Shown here piece by piece: positions 10,544 through 20,486 of a stretch of DNA of 64,000 bases. Location of the stretch: the IMG/VR virus record IMGVR_UViG_3300012964_000010, positions 63,321 through 127,320 of that record. One strand, written 5' to 3'. The notes under the pieces were generated by a model that made no database searches, had not been told where the DNA came from, and was given only the letters and a program-made list of their open reading frames with translations. Source of the stretch: a virus. Made by a program: the position numbers and the translations under genes. Position 1 is the first letter of the stretch, and the number at the start of each line of letters is the position of its first letter.

Positions 10544-11032
10544 TTAATATCTTATCCTGCTCTTATCATATTCGAAGCAGTATACATTTCCAGTACTATA
10601 TTGATTATTGTATACGGTTGTACAGAAGAGGTCAGAATCTTCATATACATAGAAACGATCTTTGTAGATGAAGATTATCATCAAAAAATCAAGTTTCATT
10701 ACTTGAACGCATCTGCGATAATCTTCATATTTGTGGTCTACAGTAAAACATAATTTACCATTGATTGGGTATATGCTCTTCTTTACCTTTACATCCACAA
10801 GAAAATTACCTTTTTCCGGGTTCTTATTCCACACAGCAAAGTCAGGTAATACAACTTTACCCTCAGTGCCCTCAAGACGGGGACCGCTGCTTTTTTCGTG
10901 CTTTTGATATCTCATATCCTGCACAAGGCTATTGTTAGACATTAGCCAGGGGTATACAGCATCTTCACCAGCTGTACCTATTGCAAGATTTTCGTCAAAT
11001 ACTTTGTCTTGCTCGTTCTGCATAAAGTTCAT
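10544..11032 (-). CDS. PD-(D/E)XK nuclease-like protein
   Basis: G..GE, LPDF and VDVKVK motifs. Confidence 0.55.
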   Translation of the reverse strand: MNFMQNEQDKVFDENLAIGTAGEDAVYPWLMSNNSLVQDMRYQKHEKSSGPRLEGTEGKVVLPDFAVWNKNPEKGNFLVDVKVKKSIYPINGKLCFTVDHKYEDYRRCVQVMKLDFLMIIFIYKDRFYVYEDSDLFCTTVYNNQYSTGNVYCFEYDKSRIRY

Positions 11033-11055
11033 TCAACCGAGTGTGATGAGAAATA

Positions 11056-11535
11056 TTAGATGGATCGGATCTCATCTCTGGCCCTCATTAGCACAATACC
11101 GAGCAAGTTCTGGCCGCGCCATTTGGATTGGTCGAGCGCATCAGGATTATCTTCCGATAAGCCAATTCCCCATATGGTGTCATACGGGCTGGCTTCAACA
11201 ATAATCTTATCATCGGTATTTAGTAAAGTCCCTAATATGGCTGGATTCTGTGTGAACTTAGAAATTAATCCGTCAACCATGATATCTTGACACTTTTCGA
11301 GCCACACATTTTGATCAAAGTTTCTCACTTGCCTTCCTAAGAACTTTTGTTTTCTAGGATCTTTCTGTTCCATTATAAGTTCGGCAACTTCTGTATCATT
11401 AAACATAAGAGCCTTCATATGCATCATGTATTGTTCGCTACAGTTGTATTGAACACCATTGTGAGTAAATTTACTTTTATACCAATTAGAAAAAGGGCTT
11501 GCATTAGCCCAGAAGAATATAAAATTGTGTGTCAT
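11056..11535 (-). CDS. NADAR (YbiA-like) family protein
   Basis: FSNWY, EQYMM..KA..F.D, VEASPYDTIWGIG and GQNLLG..LM motifs. Confidence 0.92.
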   Translation of the reverse strand: MTHNFIFFWANASPFSNWYKSKFTHNGVQYNCSEQYMMHMKALMFNDTEVAELIMEQKDPRKQKFLGRQVRNFDQNVWLEKCQDIMVDGLISKFTQNPAILGTLLNTDDKIIVEASPYDTIWGIGLSEDNPDALDQSKWRGQNLLGIVLMRARDEIRSI

Positions 11536-11542
11536 ATTTAGT

Positions 11543-11617
11543 TGGTCCGGCGTAGAGGAATCGAACCCCTATCAACTCTTTAGAAGAGAGTTGTATTCTC
11601 CATTATACGAACGCCAG
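11543..11617 (-). tRNA. tRNA-Arg(TCT)
   Basis: Loop CTTCTAA, CCA end. Confidence 0.9.
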
Positions 11618-11624
11618 TTTGTTT

Positions 11625-11700
11625 TGGTGCATCTGGAAAGGATCGAACTTTCTACTTCTTCCATGTCAAGGAAGCTATCTAACCAATGATATACAGATGC
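11625..11700 (-). tRNA. tRNA-Val(GAC)
   Basis: Loop TTGACAT, CCA end. Confidence 0.88.
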
Positions 11701-11930
11701 TATTTTATTCTATTTACCCGATATTTATCTTTGATAAACTGATGAAAGAAACTGCCCTTAGATGGTGATCTGGTCCACCGTTCGAACATTGTACGAGTAA
11801 TTCCCGGTATTGAGAATGATTTACCGTTCGATAATCTCATTGTTAATACCTTGTTGGGTCTATTATGTGTAAGGTCAGAAATCCATGCGGATTCGACTTG
11901 TTTTTCAATCAAGAATTCTGATAATCTCAT
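11700..11930 (-). CDS. KTSC domain protein
   Basis: VES..I, L...F/L.NG, SPSKGSFFHQFIK..Y pattern. Confidence 0.75.
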   Translation of the reverse strand: MRLSEFLIEKQVESAWISDLTHNRPNKVLTMRLSNGKSFSIPGITRTMFERWTRSPSKGSFFHQFIKDKYRVNRIK

Positions 11931-11942
11931 CCATTATTTATC

Positions 11943-12239
11943 TCAAAGATTCTTGGCTTGATTGGTTAATTCGTCAACCTTGCCCTTTAGCACAATTAAC
12001 TCATCTCTTAATTCGGTTGCATGTTCCAGCATGATCTTCGTAATTGCAACAGTTGCAGCGACTGGAGAAAGCGTCTGATGATACACGTCGCATTCTAATT
12101 GCAACATTCTTAGACTATTTCTACGTTCAATCGGTGCTTTAAGGATTTCTCTTTCAATAACTTCTTTGCGCTTTCTCTCAAATTCTTCTGGATGAATATT
12201 AAATAGGTTAGCCCATTCGTCAAAATCAAATTGTTCCAT
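11943..12239 (-). CDS. DUF3135-like protein
   Basis: FDFDEW..L...PEEFE..R...IE..I..AP pattern. Confidence 0.55.
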   Translation of the reverse strand: MEQFDFDEWANLFNIHPEEFERKRKEVIEREILKAPIERRNSLRMLQLECDVYHQTLSPVAATVAITKIMLEHATELRDELIVLKGKVDELTNQAKNL

Positions 12240-12571
12240 TTACTTAAATTTTCCTGCATTCCGTGGTAATTTTTCAAGATTTATACCATCGGGTCTGGGC
12301 CAGCGAATATTAACAAGATCATCAGACTTTAGCTCGCTTAGTATCTTTCTTTTTTCCGGAGGTAAACCCAAGATATATGCGCCTGGAGGAGGAACAAAAT
12401 CCGTTGTGTATCTTGATATAAAAGCTTGATCGGTCATATCACCGATAAGGTCTTTGGGTCTATTTTTCTGTCGTATTGTCATAAAAACATTATACAATTC
12501 TTTTATGATTAGGTCAACTGCAGCAGAGGAGGATATTGAGTTTTTATTACTTGATCAGTTCCTCTGCCATC

Positions 12572-12931
12572 TTACCAATACCAAAGGTGTGGTTTTCGAC
12601 TTACATTAGGCAAATTAACATCAATCAACTTGTCTTTACTTACCCCTACCACATTTCGTTCCCACATTCTACCTTGAGAACGTTGTGGTCGATTCATAAA
12701 CATCCTGGTCCACCACGACGGTTCATTCTGAACCCAGTGAAATTTACTATCTGTATGACGCTTAATCTTAGGGTAAAATCCTGCTTTTTTAAGGTAATAA
12801 GACCGTGTCCCGGTCATTATTTCTCCAGTGTAATAATCTGCATATTCTGCATCATATTCCACACGGTAACGATCTTCATCCCATTTACCCCAAACAAGTC
12901 TGCTGGGGCGATCTTTGTATGTCCTAGACAT
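12572..12931 (-). CDS. basic hypothetical protein preceded by an amber minigene
   Basis: AAGGAG RBS; upstream RBS plus ATG CAA TTT TAG at 12953-12964. Confidence 0.6.
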   Translation of the reverse strand: MSRTYKDRPSRLVWGKWDEDRYRVEYDAEYADYYTGEIMTGTRSYYLKKAGFYPKIKRHTDSKFHWVQNEPSWWTRMFMNRPQRSQGRMWERNVVGVSKDKLIDVNLPNVSRKPHLWYW

Positions 12932-12987
12932 ATTATGCTCCTTTAGTTAAATCTAAAATTGCATAATTTTCTCCTTGTTGTAAATTT

Positions 12988-13079
12988 TGGTGGAAGCGGT
13001 GAGATTCGAACTCACGGGCCCCTTACGGGACCGACAGTTTTCAAGACTGTTGCAATAAACCATGCTCTGCCACGCTTCC
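12988..13079 (-). tRNA. tRNA-Ser(TGA)
   Basis: Loop CTTGAAA, long variable arm, CCA end. Confidence 0.92.
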
Positions 13080-13085
13080 GGTATT

Positions 13086-13187
13086 TGGTAGGAGGGGTGG
13101 GAATCGAACCCACGTTGCCCGCCTTATCTAGACGGTGCTTTACGAGTTTATAAGGCTCGCCCTTCGGCCAACATTAGCAACCCTCCC
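13086..13187 (-). tRNA. atypical tRNA with TAT (Ile) anticodon and very long variable arm
   Basis: Loop CTTATAA; 102 nt; extra hairpin CCGTC-TAGATAA-GGCGG; CCA end. Confidence 0.75.
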
Positions 13188-13414
13188 AATTATTCAGGAA
13201 GGTATTCGTATACTACGAATTGTTGCGTTTTGTTGCTTCATTACTTTATTTATCATTTCAATATTGCTTAGTGTGTAAGATTTTCACTTACCGTTTCCGT
13301 TCCCTTTATGCTATGGTGCTCTATTATATCAACATACGTTAAATAGAGAATCGGATATCGCACCAAGTGCATGGCCTAAGGGCTTCAATGCGCGGGCATG
13401 ATCGACACTAAATT

Positions 13415-13488
13415 TGGAGCGGGATAGGAGAATCGAACTCCTGACTTGAGCTTGGAAGGATCTCGTTTTACCATTAAACTAATCCCGC
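13415..13488 (-). tRNA. tRNA-Gly(TCC)
   Basis: Loop CTTCCAA, U73, CCA end. Confidence 0.85.
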
Positions 13489-13861
13489 ATATCCTTATAC
13501 TTCTTCATTCTTTCGAATTTTCTGTGCAGTACTTAACTCTTCAGCTTGACGAATTAGGAATCTACCGAGTAGATCAAGCTGCGCTGGTGTCATAAACATT
13601 TCTATAGTACCACTAACGTCTGCAAGTTCATGTAACCGTGCAATCTTTACATAAGCTGCTTCGGTGTATTTATCACTTTCGCGAACCGAAACTTCAATTG
13701 AAAAATCTTTACCGGTACTAATGCGAAACATTTCCATATGATTACTTTCTTCTATTTTATCTACCACAATAACAGCGCAAGGAGTCCACGTATTAGCAGC
13801 GTCGTCTATCGTGCTTACACTCCTACCCACGATAACACTTCGGCCCTGCTTTTTCCTCTGT

Positions 13862-13937
13862 TGGTGCCGGAGAAAGGAATCGAACCCTCGACCTTCTCAT
13901 TACAAGTGAGCTGCTCTACCGACTGAGCTACTCCGGC
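13862..13937 (-). tRNA. tRNA-Thr(TGT)
   Basis: Loop CTTGTAA, canonical arms. Confidence 0.93.
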
Positions 13938-14007
13938 TTATATTTATTGTTTACTATTTATATATCTATTATATGTGTTGTTGCTGTTTTGGTCAACTAA
14001 ACCAGTA

Positions 14008-14817
14008 TTACCTTATTTGGCAAACACCTTTTTTAGATGTGCGGACACTCTTAGTCATAGAGGGCCACAAATTTGGTGAAAAAACTGCATCTTTTGGCAT
14101 AGGAAATACAAGTCCTGTGTCTTTTTGTACCTGAGCCAAACTGGTCATGAATGTGTCTAATTCTTTAGATGAACTCTCGTGTTTGAACTCAAATGCCATA
14201 ACTTCGTTTGTCTTGATATCAACAATAATCTTGAAAAAGGCATGTGGTACAATAACTCTGTCTTTACCGATTGCGTTATCTTGTGTCAAGCTATAGATTG
14301 GTCCAACATAGACTAATAGGGTGTCATTTCTTGAAACAGCCCATGCACGAGTTTGATCCTCGAGCTTCTTCCATATACCGCGGTTAAATCCAGGTAATTG
14401 AGGAGCCATATTACTCAATATAAAACTCTCACGTTCAACGTCAACATCCCATGACATATCACCATCATTGGCTTGATGACCAATATCATATCCAGATTTC
14501 GCATAATCCTTTAACTCAGACCTACTGCCTTCTGGTAAACTACGGTCTGGGGCAAATGCATTAGATCGAGGAACGCACCCGACTGCATGTGCCGGAATAA
14601 GGACATACGAAACCCAATCTGGAACTTTAGCCTTATTATTGTGTTCCAATATGTAGGCTTTGCGGCAAATAATTGTTGTATCCTGTTTGGCACCAGTCGG
14701 CTGACCATACGGGGCCTGTTCGGCACACTGACTTACATCAAGCGGTGCGTCTTGTGTTTGAGAGAAGCAGCTGAAGCTAATTGCCAACAGGAATAAAATA
14801 GAGAATTTCTTAATCAT
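14008..14817 (-). CDS. DNA/RNA non-specific endonuclease (NucA/EndoG family), signal peptide
   Basis: SGYDIGHQA, SF.LSNMAPQ..GFNRGIWKKLE and VPHAFFKI motifs. Confidence 0.9.
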   Translation of the reverse strand: MIKKFSILFLLAISFSCFSQTQDAPLDVSQCAEQAPYGQPTGAKQDTTIICRKAYILEHNNKAKVPDWVSYVLIPAHAVGCVPRSNAFAPDRSLPEGSRSELKDYAKSGYDIGHQANDGDMSWDVDVERESFILSNMAPQLPGFNRGIWKKLEDQTRAWAVSRNDTLLVYVGPIYSLTQDNAIGKDRVIVPHAFFKIIVDIKTNEVMAFEFKHESSSKELDTFMTSLAQVQKDTGLVFPMPKDAVFSPNLWPSMTKSVRTSKKGVCQIR

Positions 14818-14865
14818 AGAACATCCTTACGATAATAGGTATTTATGACAAAGTCTTGCTACTCA

Positions 14866-14893
14866 AAAGAAAAGCCTGCACCAGTGCAGGCTT
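14866..14893 (-). terminator. intrinsic terminator after the Ro60-like gene
   Basis: AAAGCCTGCA-CTGG-TGCAGGCTTTTCTTTT. Confidence 0.75.
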
Positions 14894-14914
14894 TAAGTAT
14901 GAGATTATAATCTA

Positions 14915-16339
14915 TTAAAAATCATATCTCTGTACCATTACGGTCTTTAGAAGAATCGACAGAGGTGTCATTTCCTCACCACCGAGCACTGACTTAACAA
15001 TGCTTGGGCTGAATCCAGACACAAGTGCAGTACCAGCCTCGTTGTATGTGACAGGGCTGTTACCAGCTCGTCCATTCAAGTTCCAATATACAACTTGTGG
15101 TAGTTCGTACCCTGCGGCCTCGTACTCACTTCTCATCATATTCATTGCACTCACTGATACAGCAGCACCTCCGTTCCAACGACCGTAACTGTTACCCACT
15201 GTTACACAGGTGTTAAATTCCATGTCCGATAGGATCAGAAGCTTTGTAGGCATATCTGCCTTAGCAACACTGTGCTTCTTAGCAGCACCAAGAATTAACT
15301 TGAATGCAGCCTGAAGATCGGTGCTACCCGACCAGTTGGATCGCTCCATCTGGTTGTAACGCTGCTGAAGATTGCCAGCGACCTTCAGCATTGCTGGCTG
15401 GCTAGAGAAGGTAATGAACTGATCCTTAAATACACCACCTGCGCGTTCGGAAACATACAGACCCAACGAGATAGCAACATCCAGTGCAGTTACGCTACCA
15501 GACACATTTACACCATCCATCGAACCAGAGACATCAACCAACGGCATGATGTTTTCATTGGAGCCTTCCAAATAGTTAGGCAATGCCTTCCACTGTTCAT
15601 TAGCTACTGTAGCGTCACCGTTACGCATAGAACGAATCACATCGTAAGGAAAAGCAACCGACGCATTGATCTTAGCTTCACCGGATACCAGCTTTTCCTT
15701 GTATGCGGAGTAACCTACCGGGTCGTGCTTCAAGAATGCCTTCTGGTAACGACCAGCAGCAACCGACGGAACGTGAGGATACACAATCTTAGACCAATCC
15801 TGTGCACACATCTTCTGTTCAACAGTGTTGGACAGACCTACCAGTAACTTACGATACTGCTTAGGTGTTAGACGCATATAAGAACGGATCTTATTTGCTT
15901 CTGCACCCTGACGTGGCATCCACTTAGCACATAATCCATCCTTTGCATCGTTCAATGCAAAAGAAATCATACGCAAAGCTTCTCGTTCAATTGGTGTACC
16001 GAGTGCAATAATCACATCGTCCCAACGACCAAGTTCGGGCATCTTCACCAATACTCGTGCAGCCAAAGCAGGTTCGGTACGAACAAGATAGCCAAACAAC
16101 TTACGGAAGGTTTCGCGCTCGCCGGCGCCACCACGTGCATCACGTGCCCATTCAAGGACACGAACTGCAACTTCAGAATCTTCGGCCAACGCACCTGCAA
16201 AAGTAGAGGTAATATCCTTGCCACGACTTGCGCCGGCCAAGAAAAATAGATCCACGTTCTTGTTCAGAGACGAGGCATTGGTAACTGCGCCGTTGGCAGT
16301 TGTTGCGGATGCGTTTACAGCTTCAAATAGTGTGCTCAT
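14915..16339 (-). CDS. Ro60/TROVE-like protein with vWA domain (DUF2828 family)
   Basis: T.NGA, WARDARGGAGERETFR, GRWDD and AKWMPR motifs; MIDAS DVSGSM and ILSDMEF; start re-assigned to the ATG after GAAGGAGA. Confidence 0.8.
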   Translation of the reverse strand: MSTLFEAVNASATTANGAVTNASSLNKNVDLFFLAGASRGKDITSTFAGALAEDSEVAVRVLEWARDARGGAGERETFRKLFGYLVRTEPALAARVLVKMPELGRWDDVIIALGTPIEREALRMISFALNDAKDGLCAKWMPRQGAEANKIRSYMRLTPKQYRKLLVGLSNTVEQKMCAQDWSKIVYPHVPSVAAGRYQKAFLKHDPVGYSAYKEKLVSGEAKINASVAFPYDVIRSMRNGDATVANEQWKALPNYLEGSNENIMPLVDVSGSMDGVNVSGSVTALDVAISLGLYVSERAGGVFKDQFITFSSQPAMLKVAGNLQQRYNQMERSNWSGSTDLQAAFKLILGAAKKHSVAKADMPTKLLILSDMEFNTCVTVGNSYGRWNGGAAVSVSAMNMMRSEYEAAGYELPQVVYWNLNGRAGNSPVTYNEAGTALVSGFSPSIVKSVLGGEEMTPLSILLKTVMVQRYDF

Positions 16340-16352
16340 TTTAATTTCTCCT

Positions 16353-16388
16353 TCAGAATTTATTTTAAGTTTGCTGTTAAAATTCTTT
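16353..16388 (-). promoter_or_regulatory. minimal Y-RNA-like motif in the 5' UTR of the Ro60-like gene (copy 1)
   Basis: AAAGAATTTTAACAGCAAAC...AAATTCTGA; 3' strand abuts the RBS. Confidence 0.7.
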
Positions 16389-16402
16389 ATTAGCAAGTAT
16401 GT

Positions 16403-16431
16403 AGTTTATACAACTACGGTTTAGTTGTCAA
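16403..16431 (-). promoter_or_regulatory. sigma70-type promoter of the Ro60-like gene
   Basis: TTGACA-N17-TAAACT. Confidence 0.6.
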
Positions 16432-17276
16432 CTTATTACTACCGAATTTTCCATTCGTTTAAGCAACATGTCGATAACATCTTTTTCGTGTATGCGATCA
16501 TATAAATCGGCAGGATATGTTTCGTAAAACAATCCATATAATACACCAGCGGTGGCTGCCACCGAATCACTATCTCCAGAATGGAGAATAGACAATTCGA
16601 GCATCTTATTAAAATCACCTTGGCAATTTTCAAATGCCCAAATTGCAATATTTAGGCAAGGTTCTGCTTGCCAACCACCATCACCGAATACTTCAGCAAT
16701 GGGTTTACCTTCGTACATATTCAACTTCTCTTTCCTGAGAAGTTTATTTGCTACTTCCCATTGCTTAATAGCAGTGGGTATAATTTGAGGACCTTTGTGT
16801 GTGGCAAAGGAAATATTCTTGAGCAAATCACTGTTTTCTTCGAATAAGAACGGTAATGCTTTCATTACTGTTCCACAACCATTGCTATTATTAGCAACAT
16901 GGTTTCCTGTCAAAAGTTTGTATAGCGAATGTAAACAAGTGTTTCCAGGTGCACGCACCTGCCACATCTTTATCTGATCCACCAATAACTGACTAGATCC
17001 CATAGGTGGCAATGAAGTTCCGTAATGCTGTGTTTTATCCCACATTAAGTAATGTTTGATAACAGTATCTGGACCACCCATGATCATTGCCTCAAGACCA
17101 AACATGGTCATCTGAGTATCATCAGTAATATGGATTACCTTATCAGATTTGATAAGATCTACTAATTCTTCTCTATCAGGATACGGTTCGAATTCAAAAT
17201 CTTCTCCCATTGCATCACCGATAGCCTGTGCACGAAGTGCAATGCTAATCAATCTTGCTTGCTTTTCAGTATACAC
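16428..17276 (-). CDS. ADP-ribosylglycohydrolase (DraG/ARH family)
   Basis: AIGDAMG, ITDDTQMT, SNGCG.VM and GDSDSVAA..G.L.G motifs. Confidence 0.9.
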   Translation of the reverse strand: MYTEKQARLISIALRAQAIGDAMGEDFEFEPYPDREELVDLIKSDKVIHITDDTQMTMFGLEAMIMGGPDTVIKHYLMWDKTQHYGTSLPPMGSSQLLVDQIKMWQVRAPGNTCLHSLYKLLTGNHVANNSNGCGTVMKALPFLFEENSDLLKNISFATHKGPQIIPTAIKQWEVANKLLRKEKLNMYEGKPIAEVFGDGGWQAEPCLNIAIWAFENCQGDFNKMLELSILHSGDSDSVAATAGVLYGLFYETYPADLYDRIHEKDVIDMLLKRMENSVVIS

Positions 17277-17534
17277 GTTAAATTACCATTTCTTTATTGC
17301 GTCTATATCGGTAACAATAGTACCGACCGTAGCCTTTAATACAAAGGCTACCTTATCTTCATCTGTCATTAATACTTTATACAGGTCACCCAAAGGATGA
17401 TCATTTCTTACAAATTCTACGTTATCTATTCCCCATATAATTTGCATCGCATCACCACCGTATCTGGCTCCCTCAGGCCAAGGTACACTATAAAGATAGT
17501 CGCACCTAACAGCTATGTAGACTGCTTTCATAAA

Positions 17535-17637
17535 TCAGAATCATTTTTATTGCCGGCTGCTCTACCATTGAACTACAAGGTGGGAATCGAACCCACGTCC
17601 GCCGGTTGGATTATTAATAATGCGGTAGCGATTCTTT
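17535..17637 (-). ncRNA. Y-RNA-like element (copy 2) with permuted tRNA-like T and D arms
   Basis: AGAATC/GATTCT stem, CCGCAT motif; GTGGGTTCGATTCCCAC precedes TAGTTCAATGGTAGAGCA. Confidence 0.75.
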
Positions 17638-17702
17638 AAAAAAAGGTACACCTTAGTGGATTCGGTCTTCACGACCCATATACTCATAAAGTGTAAAAAT
17701 AA

Positions 17703-17813
17703 TCAGATTAGGTTTTGATAAGTTTTTACTTTCCATATCAGAAAGGTTTTTAGCCAACCCCTTTCGGGACGGACTAAGGGTCATTATAATTTTAGATGCT
17801 GTACCTAATCTTT
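17703..17813 (-). ncRNA. Y-RNA-like element (copy 3)
   Basis: AGATTAGG/CCTAATCT stem, ACAGCAT motif, internal hairpins. Confidence 0.65.
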
Positions 17814-17879
17814 AGTGTCAAAATGTATTTTGCAATATTACTAATTATCTGTCAACCATTAAGTATGTGGTTTAATTAG

Positions 17880-18671
17880 TTAAAAATTACCAGTTGCAAT
17901 CTTTGGATTGCCAGATTTGGCCAATTCGGCTTCGATATATTTCATTTCTTTCTGAATAAAATCTATTGCCCGTTTTACCAACCTCTTATAATCGGGTGAT
18001 TGTGTTCTTTCGGGAAATATATCAGCGATACCATATTGGTCTAGTAGATGTTCGAAATATCGCATAATCTTTGGCCTGATTTGGTCTGGTGCAAATCTCT
18101 TGTATGCAATTCTTATGCTTCCAGAAAGTGTATGTAATAATTCTGCAAATCTTGCATTTATCTCTGCTGGTTGCGCTCGGTATTTCAGTGTACTGTATGG
18201 ATCATCTTTTCTGTGTTCTTTTTTCTTAGGTGTAGCATATCTTTTACTTAGGCCAGCTGCAAAGTCGGATTTATAATCATCTAAGGCATGTCTAAGTTCA
18301 TGTGTGATGGCTGTTTTAATTTTAGGATGATCAAGATAATCTGTGTTGAACACCATTGTGCTGGTATTACCGTCCCATATTGCCAACATGGTACCTGTTT
18401 CCGGATCCTTCATTACATCATCGGCTGATGATTGTCTGGCTCTCCTAAGAAATGGGCCACTGCCTTGTAATTCAATTCTTATATCTTCTAACACAGGTAT
18501 AGATGTTTCGAAAATATCACCTATTTTACCTAAGAAAAATATCTCTTGTTCTTCATCATCGAAATCTAAATCCACATTTATGTAATCTTCTAGTTTAGCA
18601 TAAATGGAAGAAGATAGAGAAATTAATGCTCTATCTTCTTCTGTGGTTTCAAATAATTCTTGTAATCGCAT
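17880..18671 (-). CDS. zincin-like (HExxH) protein, probable internal virion protein
   Basis: THELRH motif plus downstream EINA; MRLQELFE N-terminus; late motif upstream. Confidence 0.55.
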   Translation of the reverse strand: MRLQELFETTEEDRALISLSSSIYAKLEDYINVDLDFDDEEQEIFFLGKIGDIFETSIPVLEDIRIELQGSGPFLRRARQSSADDVMKDPETGTMLAIWDGNTSTMVFNTDYLDHPKIKTAITHELRHALDDYKSDFAAGLSKRYATPKKKEHRKDDPYSTLKYRAQPAEINARFAELLHTLSGSIRIAYKRFAPDQIRPKIMRYFEHLLDQYGIADIFPERTQSPDYKRLVKRAIDFIQKEMKYIEAELAKSGNPKIATGNF

Positions 18672-18901
18672 AGCATATCCTAAGATATGCTATTTATCAA
18701 GAAATAACTTCTGAGACTTCGGTAACAGAAGTATGATAGTAAACTGTATATTCTTCAGTCTTATCATCGAAGTGAGCCACAAATTTATTTGCAGCCATCT
18801 CACTAGAATCAGCCTCAACTATTCTTATAACATCTTTCTCTACGCCCTGAGAACTCATGTAGCGAGATCTTGTTACTACACCTGTTACTAAATATAGCAT
18901 G

Positions 18902-19984
18902 TCAATCTCCGGATTTAAGTAAGAAATGGTTCGATATTGCTTTAAAGCTAAATTTTCCATCCATTCTCTTATATACCTTGCCCTCACGGATAGGATGAAC
19001 AATACTCGGTCCTTCGGCATCACTCAATAAATTAGTAACATCTGTGATACCAAGTTCCTCAAGAGTGACATTATGAGCGAAGATGGGGACATGACCTACC
19101 ATGGATGTATTTAATCCAAAATTGATTAATTCTTTCATAATTTCCACCCTTTTCTCGGGATCGAAATGGCATCCATTGTCAATGTCATAGATATCGAAAA
19201 TAAATAGTTTTGCTTTTTCGAATCCTTCTTGGTTTCCCTGAATTCCCGGGCCCATGAGCTCACCCTGAATTGCAATATTCTTACCATACGCATGAAGAGC
19301 AGTTTGTAAACCACTATCAATATACATACGGATCAACATATTGTTACGATTCTCTTCAGTAAGATCGAGTTCCCAATTACGACTACAAACACCATCCTTA
19401 CTATTATTGAAGAATCCAGTAAACGAGGTGCCGTTAAGTTTCATTGTAACTTCATATTTAGAACCTTTGTTCTTAATGAAGATATCTTTTCCTAAGTTTT
19501 GACAACGTTCCTGATCAGTCTTTTTGATACAGCTCGGGTAGTTACCACGAACATTACCTGCCAACTGAGATGGGATTGGTGGTTCATATTTTAGAACACC
19601 AAGAAAGTCTGTCACATCATTCCCGACAAAGAAAAATTCAGACAATTCTTGACCTTCGTCGTATGCTGAACCAATAAACTTCTCAATGAAGCTACTAACT
19701 GGCAATGCCAATCCTTGACTAATCTGCCCTCTTAATTTAATTGTTTTAATTCGAATACCTTCTTTGTCACCCATCTTCTTGTATGCACGAGAACGCAGGT
19801 GTTCTACCTGGGGCATAAGAGGAATAAGACTATCGATTTCGAAATAAACACAACGATCGCCGATTTTAAATTCGTCTTTCTTAACAACTAATTTCCAGTC
19901 ATCGACTGTTGCCACCATAATGGCATCTGCATCCTCTATGGGCTCAATGTTTTTAATTATTCTAATTGATGCTAATTTTCTCAT
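18902..19984 (-). CDS. RNA ligase, DRB0094/Rnl2-like family
   Basis: MRKLASIR..I..I..AD.I OB-like N-domain; KTDQER, motif I KLNGTS, AIQGELMGPGIQGN, REG.V.K, SFKAISN. Confidence 0.9.
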   Translation of the reverse strand: MRKLASIRIIKNIEPIEDADAIMVATVDDWKLVVKKDEFKIGDRCVYFEIDSLIPLMPQVEHLRSRAYKKMGDKEGIRIKTIKLRGQISQGLALPVSSFIEKFIGSAYDEGQELSEFFFVGNDVTDFLGVLKYEPPIPSQLAGNVRGNYPSCIKKTDQERCQNLGKDIFIKNKGSKYEVTMKLNGTSFTGFFNNSKDGVCSRNWELDLTEENRNNMLIRMYIDSGLQTALHAYGKNIAIQGELMGPGIQGNQEGFEKAKLFIFDIYDIDNGCHFDPEKRVEIMKELINFGLNTSMVGHVPIFAHNVTLEELGITDVTNLLSDAEGPSIVHPIREGKVYKRMDGKFSFKAISNHFLLKSGD

Positions 19985-20486
19985 TTATTCTTTCCTTATA
20001 GGCTGACACTGAATCTTTACCACCGATGCACCAAACTCGCTCACTGTTAGACTTTCAGCTGCTAATCCAGCACTTTCGCATTTATGCGTTTCATTGATAA
20101 TTTCATCATTGGTTAATACTCTGGTAAAAACTTCTTGTTCTTTTACTGGTGCCGACGCACATTGGTTTGCAGATGTATTCTCATCGGGCGTAACCTCCGA
20201 CTTCTTTCCGCATGCAACTAACATAATTGCGGAAAAGATAATAATAACAACTTTTTTCATTTTAATCCCCACTTTAGTCTAAAAAATGTTTCATCTTCCA
20301 GATTATTAAATTCAATAATAATCCCACAGTCTGGATCTATCGAAGTGCTCAATTTACTTAGACGATTATGAGTGAACCGATGTTTACAATTAAGATATTC
20401 ATCAATAGCGTCTTTCCCAACGAACTTCGTTTCTTTCCATATTACTGGTTGTATTATAGTATTCCACACCCGATATTGAATAAATA

